From positions 434,001-498,000 of the forward strand of contig MU062948.1 in assembly GCA_013265495.1 (NCBI GenBank): DNA of 64,000 nt, in the 5' to 3' direction. Position 1 is the first letter of the stretch. Each line of letters starts with the position of its first letter. Positions 25,112-38,148 of the stretch are shown piece after piece. The position numbers and the translations under genes are program-made. The stretch comes from Vicugna vicugna. Taxonomy: Eukaryota. The notes under the pieces were generated by a model. That model did no database searches, was not told the DNA's origin, and saw nothing but the letters and a program-made list of their open reading frames with translations.

Positions 25112-26769
25112 TCTTCAGTGCTTCCTGCTGACTACTCTGCTCTGGCTCTGAACCCATCACTGCCTGATTCCAAACTAACCCTGGGCTCTGTACTTGACCC
25201 TTCTATGGCCTCCTCAGTCCTCCACACTCAGTGGATGTTCAGTCCTGCCCGCGTCAGAAGTCTGGTTTCCCCTCTGGGCCTGTCCACTCAGCTGGCACCG
25301 CTGCAGCTCTGCGCTGCCCCAAGTAGCACCTCGTTCTGGTGAGATGCAGCTCCCAGCACACCGCAGGCCTTAGCTAAGAACCCTGGCTCTTGCCTATCTA
25401 ACCCTTTGGATCCGGCTAACTCCTCTGAAACTTCACTTTCAAGTCCCCTCTGGCCTGACCAACGTCCCAGTCACAGAGACAATCTGTCCCACAGTCCCCA
25501 TCTCTGTGACACCCTCACAGTGCACCCTGGTCCTGAGCATGGACACCCAGGGCACAAGAGCTGTGGCAGAGACCACCATCCTGCTGTCTGGGAGGTCTCT
25601 CAGGGCCCACCCCTCTCAGTGCATTTTCTTTGCTGCCTCTGGCCCAGGCCTGCCCATAGCCCGTGGTTGGGGAAACGTGTAATGCTCTGGGTTTCTGGTT
25701 TACAGTTTTTGGAACTATAGGGATTCTCATATGTGAATCCTCAGAATGAGTGTTAAGGCTGAATTTTTGGTTTTTGGGGTTTTTTTGCAAGTTAAAGAAG
25801 CCAACAGTAAAAGGTTGGAAGTTCATATTTTAGTGTTAATTACGTCATCTGGTAGCACCCACCAACACCTCAGGGCATTATATTATAATGATACTAAGTC
25901 ACCCTGATAATAACAAACATGGTATTTAATAGGTTACTTATACTCTATTTTATTTGATCCTCATAGACTACTAATAGCTAATAGTTACTTTGTGCCAGGC
26001 TCTATGCTCTATGACATTTATGTATGTTAATTCCTTACCAACACAGGGAGGTTACTTAACCTGTCCACAGTCATACAGCCTGTGAGTGGCTTAGCCAGGA
26101 TTGGCACTTCAAAGCCTGTGTTTAATGACCAAGCTCTAACTGATGCATATCTAAACAGGAAGGTAGATTTTAACATTCCTGTTTTACATATGAGGGGGCT
26201 GAAGATGAATGAGGTGAAGTGACTCCACTGCTGCCTTTTTAAGGTGGTAGCTCAGGATGTAAAGGGCATATCACCTGAGATTTAGTGGCCATGTTCTTGA
26301 GTCCAGTGGGAAAATACCTAAGAGATTGAAAAGGGTCATGAGAGCGGGTCTGGAAATCCCGGTGATAACATCCAGGGTGAAGGAAATACCATTTCTTGCT
26401 CATCTGGCTGGCATTTTGATGCTTTTCTGAGCATCTACTGAGAACCAATTAAGTTCTCACTAATGCATATGTTTTCGAAGCTAGGCATTGTACTAGGCAT
26501 GGAGGATACTGAGATGAATAAATCCCAGTCCCTGACTTCAAGATGCTCATAGTTTAGTGGGGAAGAGAGAGAGACAAAATCAAGTAATTATAAACAATGG
26601 TTTACAGGTTGGGTGGAAACTATACAAAGATACTATGGGATTCTAAATGAGAAAGTGTGAGGAATCAAGAGATGGGTGGAGTTGGGTGAACAGACTAAGG
26701 GGAGATTTTCTAGTGAGGTGGCAAAGGCTAAAAGGGTAAGTTTGCCAGTCGAAAAGCGGGTAGAGGTAC

Positions 26770-29180
26770 CTCTGCTTCTGTGCATTAGATAGTTGCTTAT
26801 AAGGTATCAATTCTGCCAAGAATAACTGGAAAGGCTAGATTACAAACCAACCAACCAAACAATCTAACAAAAAACAAAAACAGCTGTTTGAAAGAACTGG
26901 CGAGCAACCGAAGTAACCAGGACTTGAGAGAACCAGATCATAGACAGAAAGGAACTACACAGAAATGAGCGATATTCTATGTCACTTTTCCCCTTGAGGC
27001 ATTTGCAATTCATCAGGAAAGTCAATTAGAAGCTGAGAGCTAGAAGTCTAAATCTAAGTAAACTTTTTGTCCATCTCAAGGTATTGAGGGAATTTGAATT
27101 CTGTCAAAAAGAAGAAGCCCTGGTAAACAGACCAAACTTTTAATGAGACCACTGAAAGTCCATGCCTTAGGAGTAAGGACAACTGGAAAAAAAAATGTCA
27201 CACTCAAACCATATGAATTTCTGATTGGATTAAAGTGAATTGTTCCTATACTAACTGCATCCAAGAAGAGAAGTAAAGCCTCTCTGGATAAATACAACAT
27301 TATCCAGATTCTCTATAAGTTTTCAAGAGAATGCCCAGACTTTCACTAAAAAGTTGCTAGCTACTGCAATAGAAGAGAATCAAAAGCTCAAAACCCAAAG
27401 GGGAAAAAAATCAGACAACAGAAATAGACCCACAGATGATCCAGACTTTAAGATTTACAAACAGACTTTAAAATAATCATGATTAACTTTTTCAGGAGAA
27501 TGACAGGTGAAGAATTGATCCATAGGAAAAAGCAAATAGAAAATGGAGAACTGAAAAGCCAAATAAATTAAATTAAGAACTTAACAGATGCATTAAACAG
27601 CAGATTTGGTATGACAGAAGGGCAGACTAATAAACTTTAAGAGATAATAGTAGGAAATATCCAGGCTTCAGCACAGAAGAAAACTATGTAAACTACAGAA
27701 AAGAAAAAGAGAAACAATATAAATGGTGGAGAAAAAATCTAAAATGCAAGGAATTGTCCCATAATAAGGGAGAGAATAGGCTGAAGAAGTAGTTGAAGAT
27801 ACACAGGCTGAATGATTTTCCAGGGTATTAAACTACTTCAAGTAGTTCACTATCCCATTTGATTTTTATGGCAATTTTGTGAAGGCTGCCAAAAGATATT
27901 ACATCCACTTTACAGAAGAAGAAGTGAAATCCCAGAGAGGCTAAGGGTCTTCATTCATTCATTTAGAATGCAGTCATTCATTAACTCAGCAAACATTTAT
28001 TGACTGTTATCATCTGCAGACTTATTATACAAAGCAATAAAAAGCTTTATAAATAATAAATATGAGTAAATAGAAATGAATTTTTCTTATTTTTAATTAA
28101 AAAAATTGTTTAAAGCCCCCAAAATGTAGATTTTTACAATATATGTGGAAGCATCAGTATGATAACAATAAAAGCACAAAAGACAGAAGGGAGAGAAAGG
28201 AAAGTATATTCATATAAGCTCCTTATGTTATATATAAAGTTTTTTTTTAAAACACTGTTTAAAGATAGTGTTAAGTCAAGGATATAGAATATAAAACCTA
28301 GAGCAATCACTAAAATATATTCAATAATCCAGAAGAAGTCAAGAAAAGAGGAAAAAAGGAACAAAGAACAGAGAGGATAAATGGAATATGAACAATAAGA
28401 TGGCTGACTTAAATCCAACTATATCAATAATTACACTAAGTGTAAATGGTCTAAACACCCTAATTCAAAGGCAGATGTTGTCAAACATGGTTTTAAAAAT
28501 CGAACAAAATGGGTTAAAGTAAAAACAAAAATCTGACATTTCCAAGTGCAGACAAAAATATGGAGCAACAAGAACTCATATATTGTTATTGGGAGTGGAA
28601 AGTGGTACAACCATTTTGGAAAACTGGTGCTAAATATATGTATTATCTATTAAAGCTAAATATATGTATATCATTCAGCAGAAATGCATACATATGTTCA
28701 CCAAAAAAACATGAGAGAATGCTCATAGCAGCACTTTTGTAATAGCTAAAACCTGGAAACTACTCATATTTCCATCAACATTAGACTGAATAAAAACATT
28801 GTGGTATATAGTTATATGATGGAATATTATAAGATGAAAAAAGAACAAATGGCTGCCAGATGCAACAACATGAGTGAGTCTCACAAAATATTAAATAAAG
28901 GAAGCCAGAGAAAAAGAGTATATATTGTATGATTCCATTTAAATAAAGTTCAAAATTGGGCAAAAGAAATCAATTTGGAATGAAGTGAGAATATTGGCTA
29001 CCTTTTACGGGATGGCGTCGGGGAGCCAGCAGGAAGGAGGCTTCTGTGTTGCTAATATTCTAATCCTTGACTGCACAGTCATCACTTGAGTATCTCAATT
29101 CTGTAAAAATGCATCAGACTGTCAATTTAGAACTTGTCCACTCTGCTATATTCACAGCATACGTCAATAAAGTATTATTT
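26770..29180 (+). mobile_element. Old L1M (L1MC-like) with 5'/ORF1 remnants, ORF2 start and 3' end; large internal deletion and a foreign insert at 27807-28100
   Basis: ORF2 start MADLNPTISIITLSVNGLNTLIQRQ encoded from ~28399; 3' UTR motifs 28740-29180; ORF1-like A-rich sequence 27300-27820. Confidence 0.75.
27807..28003 (-). repeat. Inverted duplicate of 30905-31104 (left arm)
   Basis: Reverse complement aligns by hand at ~84% over a 137-nt core, including non-MIR flanks. Confidence 0.85.
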
Positions 29181-29189
29181 GTTTAAAAA

Positions 29190-29720
29190 TAGGGATGAAT
29201 GGCAATCCAGGCAAGGGAGATGGCAGAAGCAGAGGCATGGAGGAATAAATAACATGGTGTATGGAAAAATTACAGGTAGCTAGATGCTGCTGGAGTGTAA
29301 AATGTGAGGTAGGTTATAGCAGCATCGAGGGAAGATGTTACAGTGGCAGCTCATGGAAGGCCTTGGGTGTCCTGCTAAAGAATGTGGACTGTCTTCTAAG
29401 GTCAGGTAAACACTGGAAAGGTCCTAAGCAAGAGATGACATAATAAGATCTGGAATTTTAAAATCCCAGTGTCAGCTGGCAGAGAAGGACAAAAATAGGT
29501 GCAGGGAGACTAGTTAAGATGCTCTTGCAAAAATCCAGATGAGAGACGATGACGAATTGAAGCAGGGTAGTGGTTGTACAAAGAGAACACGGCTTCAGAA
29601 CTATTTGGGAGACAGTATTAATAAGCCCTTATTGGATGTAGGAGGTGAAGAAAAGTAGACTGGAGGATGATTCCTAAATTTGCAACACAAATGACTGTAT
29701 GGCTGGTGTTGCCACCAAAT
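29190..29720 (-). mobile_element. L2 fragment
   Basis: ggcagaagcagaggcatggagg...ggaaggccttgggtgtcctgctaaagaatgtggact...aagccctttattggatgtaggaggtgaag. Confidence 0.75.
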
Positions 29721-29794
29721 GAGGCAGGGGACATTCAGGAGTTCAGGGAAGGGACAGAAAGCTAGTTTAGTTTCAGACAGTTTGCACGGTTTAC

Positions 29795-30005
29795 CAGATA
29801 AGGCAGCATTCAAATTGAGGGGGATTCTTTGGGAGTTATTTTGGGGTCTCGTTTTCCTGGAATTGATGACCGACTTAAATGCCAGGTCTCTGATGTTCTC
29901 TACAATCACTGTTTGGTTTTCTTGCCTTTTCTGGCCATAGTACACATTCAAGACACAAAGCCATGGTTGTCAGCAGCAGATCCAGCAGCACGGCTGTCCT
30001 GGGGT
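29795..30005 (-). other. Candidate exon (211 nt) between the inverted-repeat arms
   Basis: Acceptor gatgaaatctttcag, donor CTG|GTAAAC; contains Kozak-like ACAACCATGG (ATG at 29964); no frame open end to end. Confidence 0.2.
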
Positions 30006-30129
30006 CTGAAAGATTTCATCTCGCTTTCCTCCACTGCTCCAAACAAAGGCCATCTTATGCACCATCTATTTCAGTCATTTTTATGAGTGCCGTGGAATAT
30101 TTTCAAGCTATCCTTTTTAAGCATTATCT

Positions 30130-30515
30130 CTTGGCAGTTAAGAAAATAGATCCATTGCAAGCACTGGGGTTTCTGAAAAGGGGTTTAAAAATAGCTTAGG
30201 GCACCAGACAGCTGCAGCTATTGGGAAATGTAGCTCTATTGCTTGCACTTTTGCCGGTTTCCATCTCAACCTTGCAGCTGGAAACCGGTAGTTCTTCCTC
30301 TGCTGGGAACAGATGCAAAAGGAGGAAGGAATGGGCCCGGACCTTCTCTTGACTTGGGGTCACACTTGGCTTCTGTGAATGCTGAGAGGCGCTGGGATAA
30401 TGGAGAAGGGCATACCAAACTCTTGGGTTTGAAAAAGCCTATTCAATATTATGATTTATCTTTGTATTTGGAAATGAAAAACATAAGCCTATTGCTTTTT
30501 GTCATGCAAATTACA
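30130..30515. promoter_or_regulatory. Candidate enhancer: MEF2 site + E-box + SOX-OCT composite-like motif
   Basis: TTAAAAATAG 30185-30194, CAGCTG 30209-30214, TTTTGTCATGCAAAT 30497-30511 in repeat-free DNA. Confidence 0.3.
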
Positions 30516-30904
30516 GGAAGCAGATGGGATAAAATCCTCTTGGCTAATAGGGGTAGGCAGAAAACGCGCTGACTGACAACAATGCTCTATGTAGTCTCTC
30601 ACGTGGTACCCAAGGCAATGCTAGCGGTGGCAGCATTGTTCCCAGCTTACAGGTGTGAGAACTGAGGAAGGGAACTGTTGAGGGACCTGCCCCTCATCAC
30701 AGAACCAGGGAGTGAGGGAAGCAGGGCTGCAGCACACACTCCAAAGTCCCTGCTCTTACTCGTTGCTCTAGATTGCCTTTTAGCAGGGAGTCCATGAGAT
30801 TTTTAGCCTTTCTCTAAAGGGAGCGTGGGTGTTTAAAAAAAGAAAAAAACAAGAATAAACTTGCACACACCTCTGTCTAAGCATGAGCTGTATCATGATG
30901 CCAC

Positions 30905-31104
30905 TCAATAAATGTTTGCTGAATAAACACATAACTGCATTTTAAATAAAGGAATGAAGACCCCTAGCCCCTCTGAGACTCCAATTCTTCATCTGTAAAA
31001 TGGATATAATAAGATCTTTTGGCAGCCTTGACAAAATTGCTGTGAAGATCAAATGGGATAATAGACGATTTGAAGGAGTTTAATGCCTTGGAAAATCATC
31101 CAGC
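30905..31104 (+). repeat. L2 tail + MIR fragment; right arm (probable source) of the inverted duplication
   Basis: tcaataaatgtttgctgaat...ttcttcatctgtaaaatggatataat...aaatgggata. Confidence 0.85.
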
Positions 31105-32010
31105 AGTTAATTCAGCCAGTGGTCAGTGAGCACCTATGTACCAGGTGTTGTTCTGGGGATACATCAGAGAACCAAGCAAGCAAAGCCCCTGCTCTGTTTT
31201 ATCAGGAAGAGATGGAAAGTACACAAGAAACCTAGTAAGCAGGTAAAGTTTCTCAAGTAGGCTTTAATGAGATATATGCATGTACGTGACAAGGGCTACA
31301 GAAAAAAGAAAAAGTAGAGTGGGGTATGCGTGACTGGGGTGAGGACGAGTTGCAGTTAAAAATCAGGCATTAGCTCTGCAGACTCCTCGGTGAAGAGTGT
31401 GACAGGTGGTAAAGCAGAGTTATGCCTGCTGTGCCCCAGGTCAGTGGGGCTGGTGCCCAGGAGTGAGGGAGCCAGGGGAAAGCAGTGGGAGGAGAGACTA
31501 GGGACATGATGGGGGCCAGGGGGTGGTTGAGGGCCTTGAATGGATGTGCACTTTCACTGTGAAAGAAGTGGGCACCCCTGGAGGGTTGGACTCAGGGGAG
31601 TGACACAGCCTGACATGCTGTAAAGAAATCACTCTGGCTGCCTAGCTGAGAATGGCTGTAGATGGTAATGGTAGAAGTGAGGGATATGAGATTGGTTAGC
31701 AGGCTAGCCCAGTAATTCAGAAGGGTGGTTTTTTGTATACATTCTGAAGAAAGACTGATGAGATGACACAGATGGACAAGCTGGAGAGTGTGTGTTCCAA
31801 AATCCAAGTAAGGAAAGGGGATTGGGGAGGAGGCATTGATCATTCTTGGCGAATACTGTGGACAGATCAGTCTGGTGAGAGCAGTGGCCGCCTGTGAGAT
31901 CTGGCAAGGTGGAGGTCGCCAGCGACCTTGACAAGGGCTGTCTCAGTGGAGTGGTGGGCCTGAGAGCTAACTGGAGTGTGCTGAGGGGAGAATGAGAGGA
32001 GAGAAACTGG
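31105..32010 (-). mobile_element. L2 fragment
   Basis: gagcacctatgtaccaggtgttgttctgggg...gatcagtctggtgagagc...gaccttgacaagggctgtctcagtggagtgg. Confidence 0.8.
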
Positions 32011-32029
32011 AGGCAGAGAAAAGTTTCAA

Positions 32030-32449
32030 AACCGTTTTATAACTCTGAATCGTGGTAAAATACACATATAAAATTTATCATCTTAACCATTTTCAAGTGT
32101 ATATTTGAGTAGTGTTAAGTATATTCACGCCGTGCAGCTAGCCCCCGGAATTCTTTCACCTTGCAAAAACTGAAACTCTACATCCATTAAACAACTCCCC
32201 ATTCCCCACTTCCCCCAGCCCCTGGCAATCACCATTCTACTTTGTCTACAGATTTGACCACTCCAGGTACCTCATACAGTATGTCTTTGGAATCATACAG
32301 TATTTGTCTTTCTGTGACTGGCTTCTTGCACTTAGCATCATGTGCTCAAGGTTCAGCCATGTTGTAGAATGAATTAGAATTTCCTTCCTTTTTAAGGCTG
32401 AGTAACATTCCGTTTTATATACACTCCAGGTTCTGTTTACTCATTCATT
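32030..32449 (-). mobile_element. L1MB-like 3' end running into an N-gap
   Basis: gtggtaaaatacacatataaaatttatcatcttaaccattttcaagtgta...tttgtctttctgtgactggcttcttgcacttagcat. Confidence 0.9.
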
Positions 32450-34199
32450 NNNNNNNNNNNNNNNNNNNNNNNNNNNNNNNNNNNNNNNNNNNNNNNNNNN
32501 NNNNNNNNNNNNNNNNNNNNNNNNNNNNNNNNNNNNNNNNNNNNNNNNNNNNNNNNNNNNNNNNNNNNNNNNNNNNNTGGAAAGCTGAATGAGGCACAGA
32601 GAAGTTTTGCTGCAAAGGGAAGCATAAAAAAGGGATGGGAGGGGTGTGTAGCTGGCAGCAGAAGTAGGGTCAGGAGGTTTTTATTATTTGTTTCTGTTTT
32701 AAAATATGGGAGAAAGAGCAGCATGTTTTCACTTGATGGGAGTGATCCAGCAGAGAGAGAAACATTGAAAATGAAGAATTGCTGGAGCAGTGTTCTTGGG
32801 TAGGTGAAGTGGACTGGATCTCGTGCACAAATGGAAAGGTTGGCTCCTTTGGGGCCAAAGGTGGGAAGGCAGAGTCTGTGGATGCAGGAGCAGCAAGGGC
32901 AGTAGATTGGTGGCTGGAATTTGTGGAAGTTCTCTAGTTGCTTTGATGTTCTCAGCAGACTAGGAAGCAAAGTTGTCAACTGAAAGTAATATGTCATAAT
33001 AGCAGGTTTACCTACCAACTCTGCAAGCTGGACACTATGCTAGGAGTATTACTTCCTTGTCTATAAACTTCACAATCAGCCAGCAAAGTAGCTACCTTTT
33101 TTAATCCTCATTTCATAGATGGAGAGAATGGAGATTCAGAGAAGTTAAGAAACTTGCCAAAGTCACACAGCTAATCAGCAGAGGCACCTGTCTTCTCTCT
33201 AGGTTTGTTTGACTCTGAGGCCCATACTTTTTCTGCTACAGCCTAAGGTTCTCATTCTGTAACACCGGTCCTGTGATGAAACTACAATATTGATCTTCAG
33301 GGACTGAGAACTCCAGGTCTCTTCCTCAAAGCACTGACATGATATTTTAATTAAATATCTGTGTGGGGTTCAGTTGTTGGGGGTGGGAAGGTAATGAAAA
33401 GGGAACAAAAGAAGAAGGAACAATTTGATTCTCTTAAAAGGAAATAACTTTAAGGCACATCTTTTCATCCCAATCTTGCTATTTAGAACCTGGTTGGAAA
33501 GGCCAGGTTGCTAACCATCGGTGACCAGACTGCTCTCTCATAACTACGCTTTGAATCAATTCATCCTTATTACACGAGGAGGTAAATGCTACTACTATCT
33601 CCATCTTACACATGAGAAACCTGAAACCTAGACTTCCAAGAAAACCCCTTTGGAAAGTCGCAGAGCTGCAATTTGAATCCAAGCCTCCAGCTTCAGAGTC
33701 TACGTCCTTAACCCGTTCATTGTGCCGGTGATGGGACTCTCCCCAGGGCCGCTGGGCGAGCCCCTTCCTCTCAGCCCACGTTCCGGACAGTGGGCTGTGC
33801 TTCACTCCTTCAGTCTCACTATTCTGGTGACCAGCCCAGGTGAGCTGAGGACCCTTCCCCTCAGCCGGGCAGGGGCCTTCACTCGGGGCGGTGGGGCCTG
33901 CCGTCAGAGGACTGACCCAGGCTGAGGGGACGTCCCCCAGCTCAGCCAGTTGGGCATGATGACAAGAGCTGCATTCTGGCCTTAGCTCATTCCTGGCTGA
34001 AATCTCATTTTGTAAAATAGGGACCATACTTCGTTTTCACAGGTGATTCTAAATGACAATTTATGGCTATTGAAGGCCTTCAAAGAAGGTTCAGAAGAGA
34101 ACCCTTCAGACAGCATTAAGGTGACACTACAACCTGAAGTGCGAACTTCTCTAGACAAATAATCTCACATTTTTCACTTCTAGACAGCTCTCCTGCAGA

Positions 34200-34780
34200 A
34201 ACACTGGCTCATGGCCCAGAGGCTTACATACAAGGAAGTTCACTGCAGTTGTGACTGCAACAGAAAAAGATGGGAAACAACTGAATGTCCAAAGAGAGAT
34301 AAATGGCTAAATATACCTTGTGGTGCCTCCACACGATGGAGTACTCCGGAGCCACTGACAAAATGCCAAGGTTCTAGAAGGACCAACATGAAAAAAGCTT
34401 AAGATAAAAGTTTAAGTGAACAGAGGAAGTCTCGAAACAGTTTAATTTGATCTTATGTTCATGAATGGGGTGATACAGAAATTGGATTTTTAAATATGTA
34501 ACCACATTTATAATATATAGTAAGTGTATATTTCAAAACCTGGTCATATATTGACAATGTCTTTGTAGCTGCATTGAACATGGCCTGGGAGGATCTGACA
34601 TCCATTTGTTAACACTGGGCACCCCTGGGGAAGGGAATGGGATTGGGGAGAGGACAAGAAAGGGCAAAAGAAAACTTTTAAAGACTTTATAAATACAGTC
34701 CTTAAAATTTTTTTATAATGATGATATATTTGTTTATTTCTTACATACCCAAATAAGACTATAAAATAGTGTGGAAAAAA
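34200..34780 (+). mobile_element. Old L1ME-like 3' fragment
   Basis: gaaacaactgaatgtccaaagagagataaatggctaaat and degenerate 3' UTR. Confidence 0.65.
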
Positions 34781-37700
34781 AAATAAGTAACAATCCCTAA
34801 TGGTGAAATTTCAGACACCAGTAAATGTTGGTCCATATTTACTGGGACCTAAGATCCCTGGGTTCTGCTGGTTCACTGCTGCCTCTGACACTAGCTGTGT
34901 GATTCTGGACAACTTGTTTTCTCTCCGGGCCTTGGTTTCCTCTTGCAATGAGGAAGCTGAGCCAGAGCACTAATTGATAAGCATTTTTATTATTGACCTT
35001 CAAGCACCTGGCCTTTCTTTGCAAACGCATTTTTGTGTGTAGAAGCCCAAAATATGAAACAACCCAACAAGAAAGTGTGTCAACAACCCGACCATTTGTG
35101 CCCTGGACCCATTTCAGGGTTGACGTTTTCTGCCTCTAGTTGAGTGCGGGGGACTAAATCCACCAGCCGGGGCTGTCCTGCCTCTTGAGTGAGTGGAAAG
35201 TCACTGGGTGACTTGAAGTGGCCCACAGAAGTTCACATGTAACAGGTGCTCTAGCAAAGTGTTTCCCTGAGCGTTAAGCCCACGTGCCGGCAGCTGCCTG
35301 ACAGCTCAGGATCTGTTTGGGCTCCAGGGAGACCGTTGCTGTTTCTAGAGAGCTCTGTAAGAACCCCAGGTCTCTGGAAGAATAATTCATGGGTGTTTTT
35401 CAGGGGAATCAAGTCCCAGGTTTTGGTGCCCAGACCCCTTCAGCCCCAGCTCCAGCCCCTGACCCAGAGCCACAGCTTCGGGACCACAGCAGAAAGACAA
35501 GGCCACTGGAGAAAGGGTGGGGGCAAGAGGAGAGGTCAGGTGTAACACATACCGCGCTGTGAAATACGAGGAAGGCTCACCGGTATCCTTTCCCTGCTCT
35601 GAAAGGCGCCACCTGGCCTTCTGTGGAATTGGCTGCAGCCTCCTGTGGCTGGAACTGGCATGATAAGGATCATTTTGTCTCCTTTAGGGACAGAGCTAGG
35701 TGCCCAGGGTCCTCTGCATCCTTAGATGCAGGGACTGTACTGTCCATGTCCTGAGTTGTAACATGCAGCTCATCACTCAGAGTAAAGCCTGGGCCCTGTG
35801 CTTGTGGGATTCTGTTCATATCCGGCCCAGATTAACCCAAAACTCAGAGGAGGTGGGGACAGAGGGACTGGAGTCCCAGGGGAGGGAAAGAACTCAGATG
35901 TGCAGGGACATTCAGTAGGATTCCTTCCTGGCCCAAGTCTTCTCCATGTACAGAAGCCAGCGTTTCACACCTCCCTGACTTTCCTGCCCATTTGTGGGAC
36001 AAAGAGCTACAAACCTGGGTGATGGACCGGCTAGAACCCATGTCCCCACTCACGCCAAGGCACACAGCCTTGGGGTCAGGAGACCTGGGTTCATGTCCCA
36101 GCTGGGTCACTTTCTCATTGCAAGGCTAGTCACATGCCTTCCCTGGTTCTCAGTTTCATTTGTTCTTAGAGGGTATTTGATTAGCTACTTTTCAAGGTCT
36201 CCGCCAGACCTATCAGTGACTCTAGATCTAGATTATGAGAGCCTTGACAGGGCTCTGCTTCCTTAGTAAGAGGAAGGGACTGAGCTATAATGGTGAAGTG
36301 TGTGGACCCTGGGATCAGACTTCCTGAGTTCAAATCCTGGCTCTCCTTTCCACATTCTGACTTTGGGAGCAAGGTTTTCAATCTCTCTGGGCCTCAGTTT
36401 CCACACGGGCAAAATGAAGGTAAGAACTGTGGTTACTCCATAATGTTATCATGGGGAATGCAAGAGAGACTCCCCATGAAGCTCAGGATCTGATACTGTA
36501 AATGTTCAATAATCCTCATCTTATTACTTTGTATTTCTCTAGCCTACTACGGTGCCCAGATCATAGCAGGTGCTGACTAAACTTGCCTCTAGATAAGACA
36601 TCACACCTTACCCACCACAGTTTCAGTTATACCACAGGCCAAGTCTTGTACCCTGTAAAGTTCACTGGGTGATGTAAACAACAGAAATTTATTGTCTCAC
36701 GGTTCTGGAGGCTGGAAGTCCAAGATCGAGGTGTCAGTGGGGTTGGTTTCTTCAGCGGGCTGTGAGGAAGGTGCCACACTAGGAAGGAAGGTCCTGGTGG
36801 TGCCAGCCACTCTCCCCACTGGGATGGTCCAGCTGACATGATGAGAAGGCAGGTAAGGAGGGCAGGTCACCTTCTGCATATCAGTGTGACTGCAACAAGA
36901 ATGATAAAACAATTATTGCTTATTGATCAATTATTACACTCCAGGCACTGAGTTGAGTCTTTTGCAAGCATCATCTATTTGTTCTGCACAGCACCCTAAG
37001 AGATAGGCATTACCTTATCACTTGCTAGATGAAAAAAAATAGATTCATGGAGATTAGGTTCTTGACAAAAGTCACTGACCCCAAGGTTTCACCAACACAG
37101 TGTCTGGCTCTTAACAATTATGAAATATGAGCAATATTATTTTACTACACTGCTCCCTTCCCATGGAGCTTTTGGGCTAAAATAACACTCTTGCCCCCTC
37201 CCCTCTATTCTGGTTGATTTGGAACCCGGCCCAGGCCTTATTAGTTCATATCCGGGGGCTGGGACGAAGCTGTTGAGTTACAAGGACATAGCCACAGGCG
37301 GTGTGCCTTTGGAACAAAGCTGGGCAGGGCCACGGAAGAGGAAGCCTGCCCTCCAGGGCCCCCCTGTGCAGTTTTCCCCGAGCTGTGAGACCTTCACACA
37401 CTCCACTCCCTGTGCTGAGACTGAAGTGAGCCCAAGGTTTAGTCTGGAGGTTGCTCTTGACGTTGCTGTAGAAAAACCCCATTGTTTTAATTGTTCCAGA
37501 AAATGGGCTGGGACAGCCTTTCCCAGGCTGAGTCCTTGGGCAGAGACAGAGCAGAGGCCAGGGAGTAGGACAAGCAGAGCCGGGGCTGGAGGGACCCAAG
37601 CCAGGGCCCTCTGGCTGCCTCCTGGGCTCTCCAAATGTTTTTCTAATTATAAAAGTAAGTTTATCAATGACTATTTTTCAAAACCTACAAAGGTGCACAA

Positions 37701-38148
37701 AATAAAAAAACAGTTCTCATAATCCTGGCCATTGGTGTATAGGTATCCACAATTCTTCTTTTCACAAATAAACATTATATACACATATGGTCAATAAACT
37801 AGAATGTGTAGACTTTTATATTGTTTCCTGTTTATAATTCTTATTAACAGTATTTTTTTGAAGAGCAAATCTTAATTTTATTAATATAAAATGAGTACTC
37901 ACAAATCAAGGAGCAAAAAGCAAATGAACCTAACAGAAAACTAAACAAAGTGTCTGAAGGACAATTTTATAAGAAAACAATTAAAATTATTGCTATACAT
38001 ATGGAAAGTCAATTAAAGATATGCAAGTGAAAGCAACATATGTGGCACTAATTATTAACAGTATTGTAATAAAAGTTCTTGTATTTAAGTCTTTGTCTTC
38101 TTACCCAATTACTCCTTTGGGATTAAGTCTTAAAAGTAAAGTTGCTGT

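Noticed and set aside
29970-30005. TPGQPCCWICC resembling the class C GPCR cysteine-rich domain
   Set aside because: An immediate stop follows, and there is no further cysteine spacing or 7TM exon in the window.
32437-33018. 193-aa minus-strand ORF
   Set aside because: It runs through L2 sequence and an N-gap; an artefact.
34043-34160. Plus-strand acceptor with open frame VILNDNLWLLKAFKEGSEENPSDSIK
   Set aside because: Isolated, weak donor, no partner exons or homology.
36219-36230. 12-bp palindrome TCTAGATCTAGA
   Set aside because: Too short to exceed chance in 64 kb and has no supporting context.
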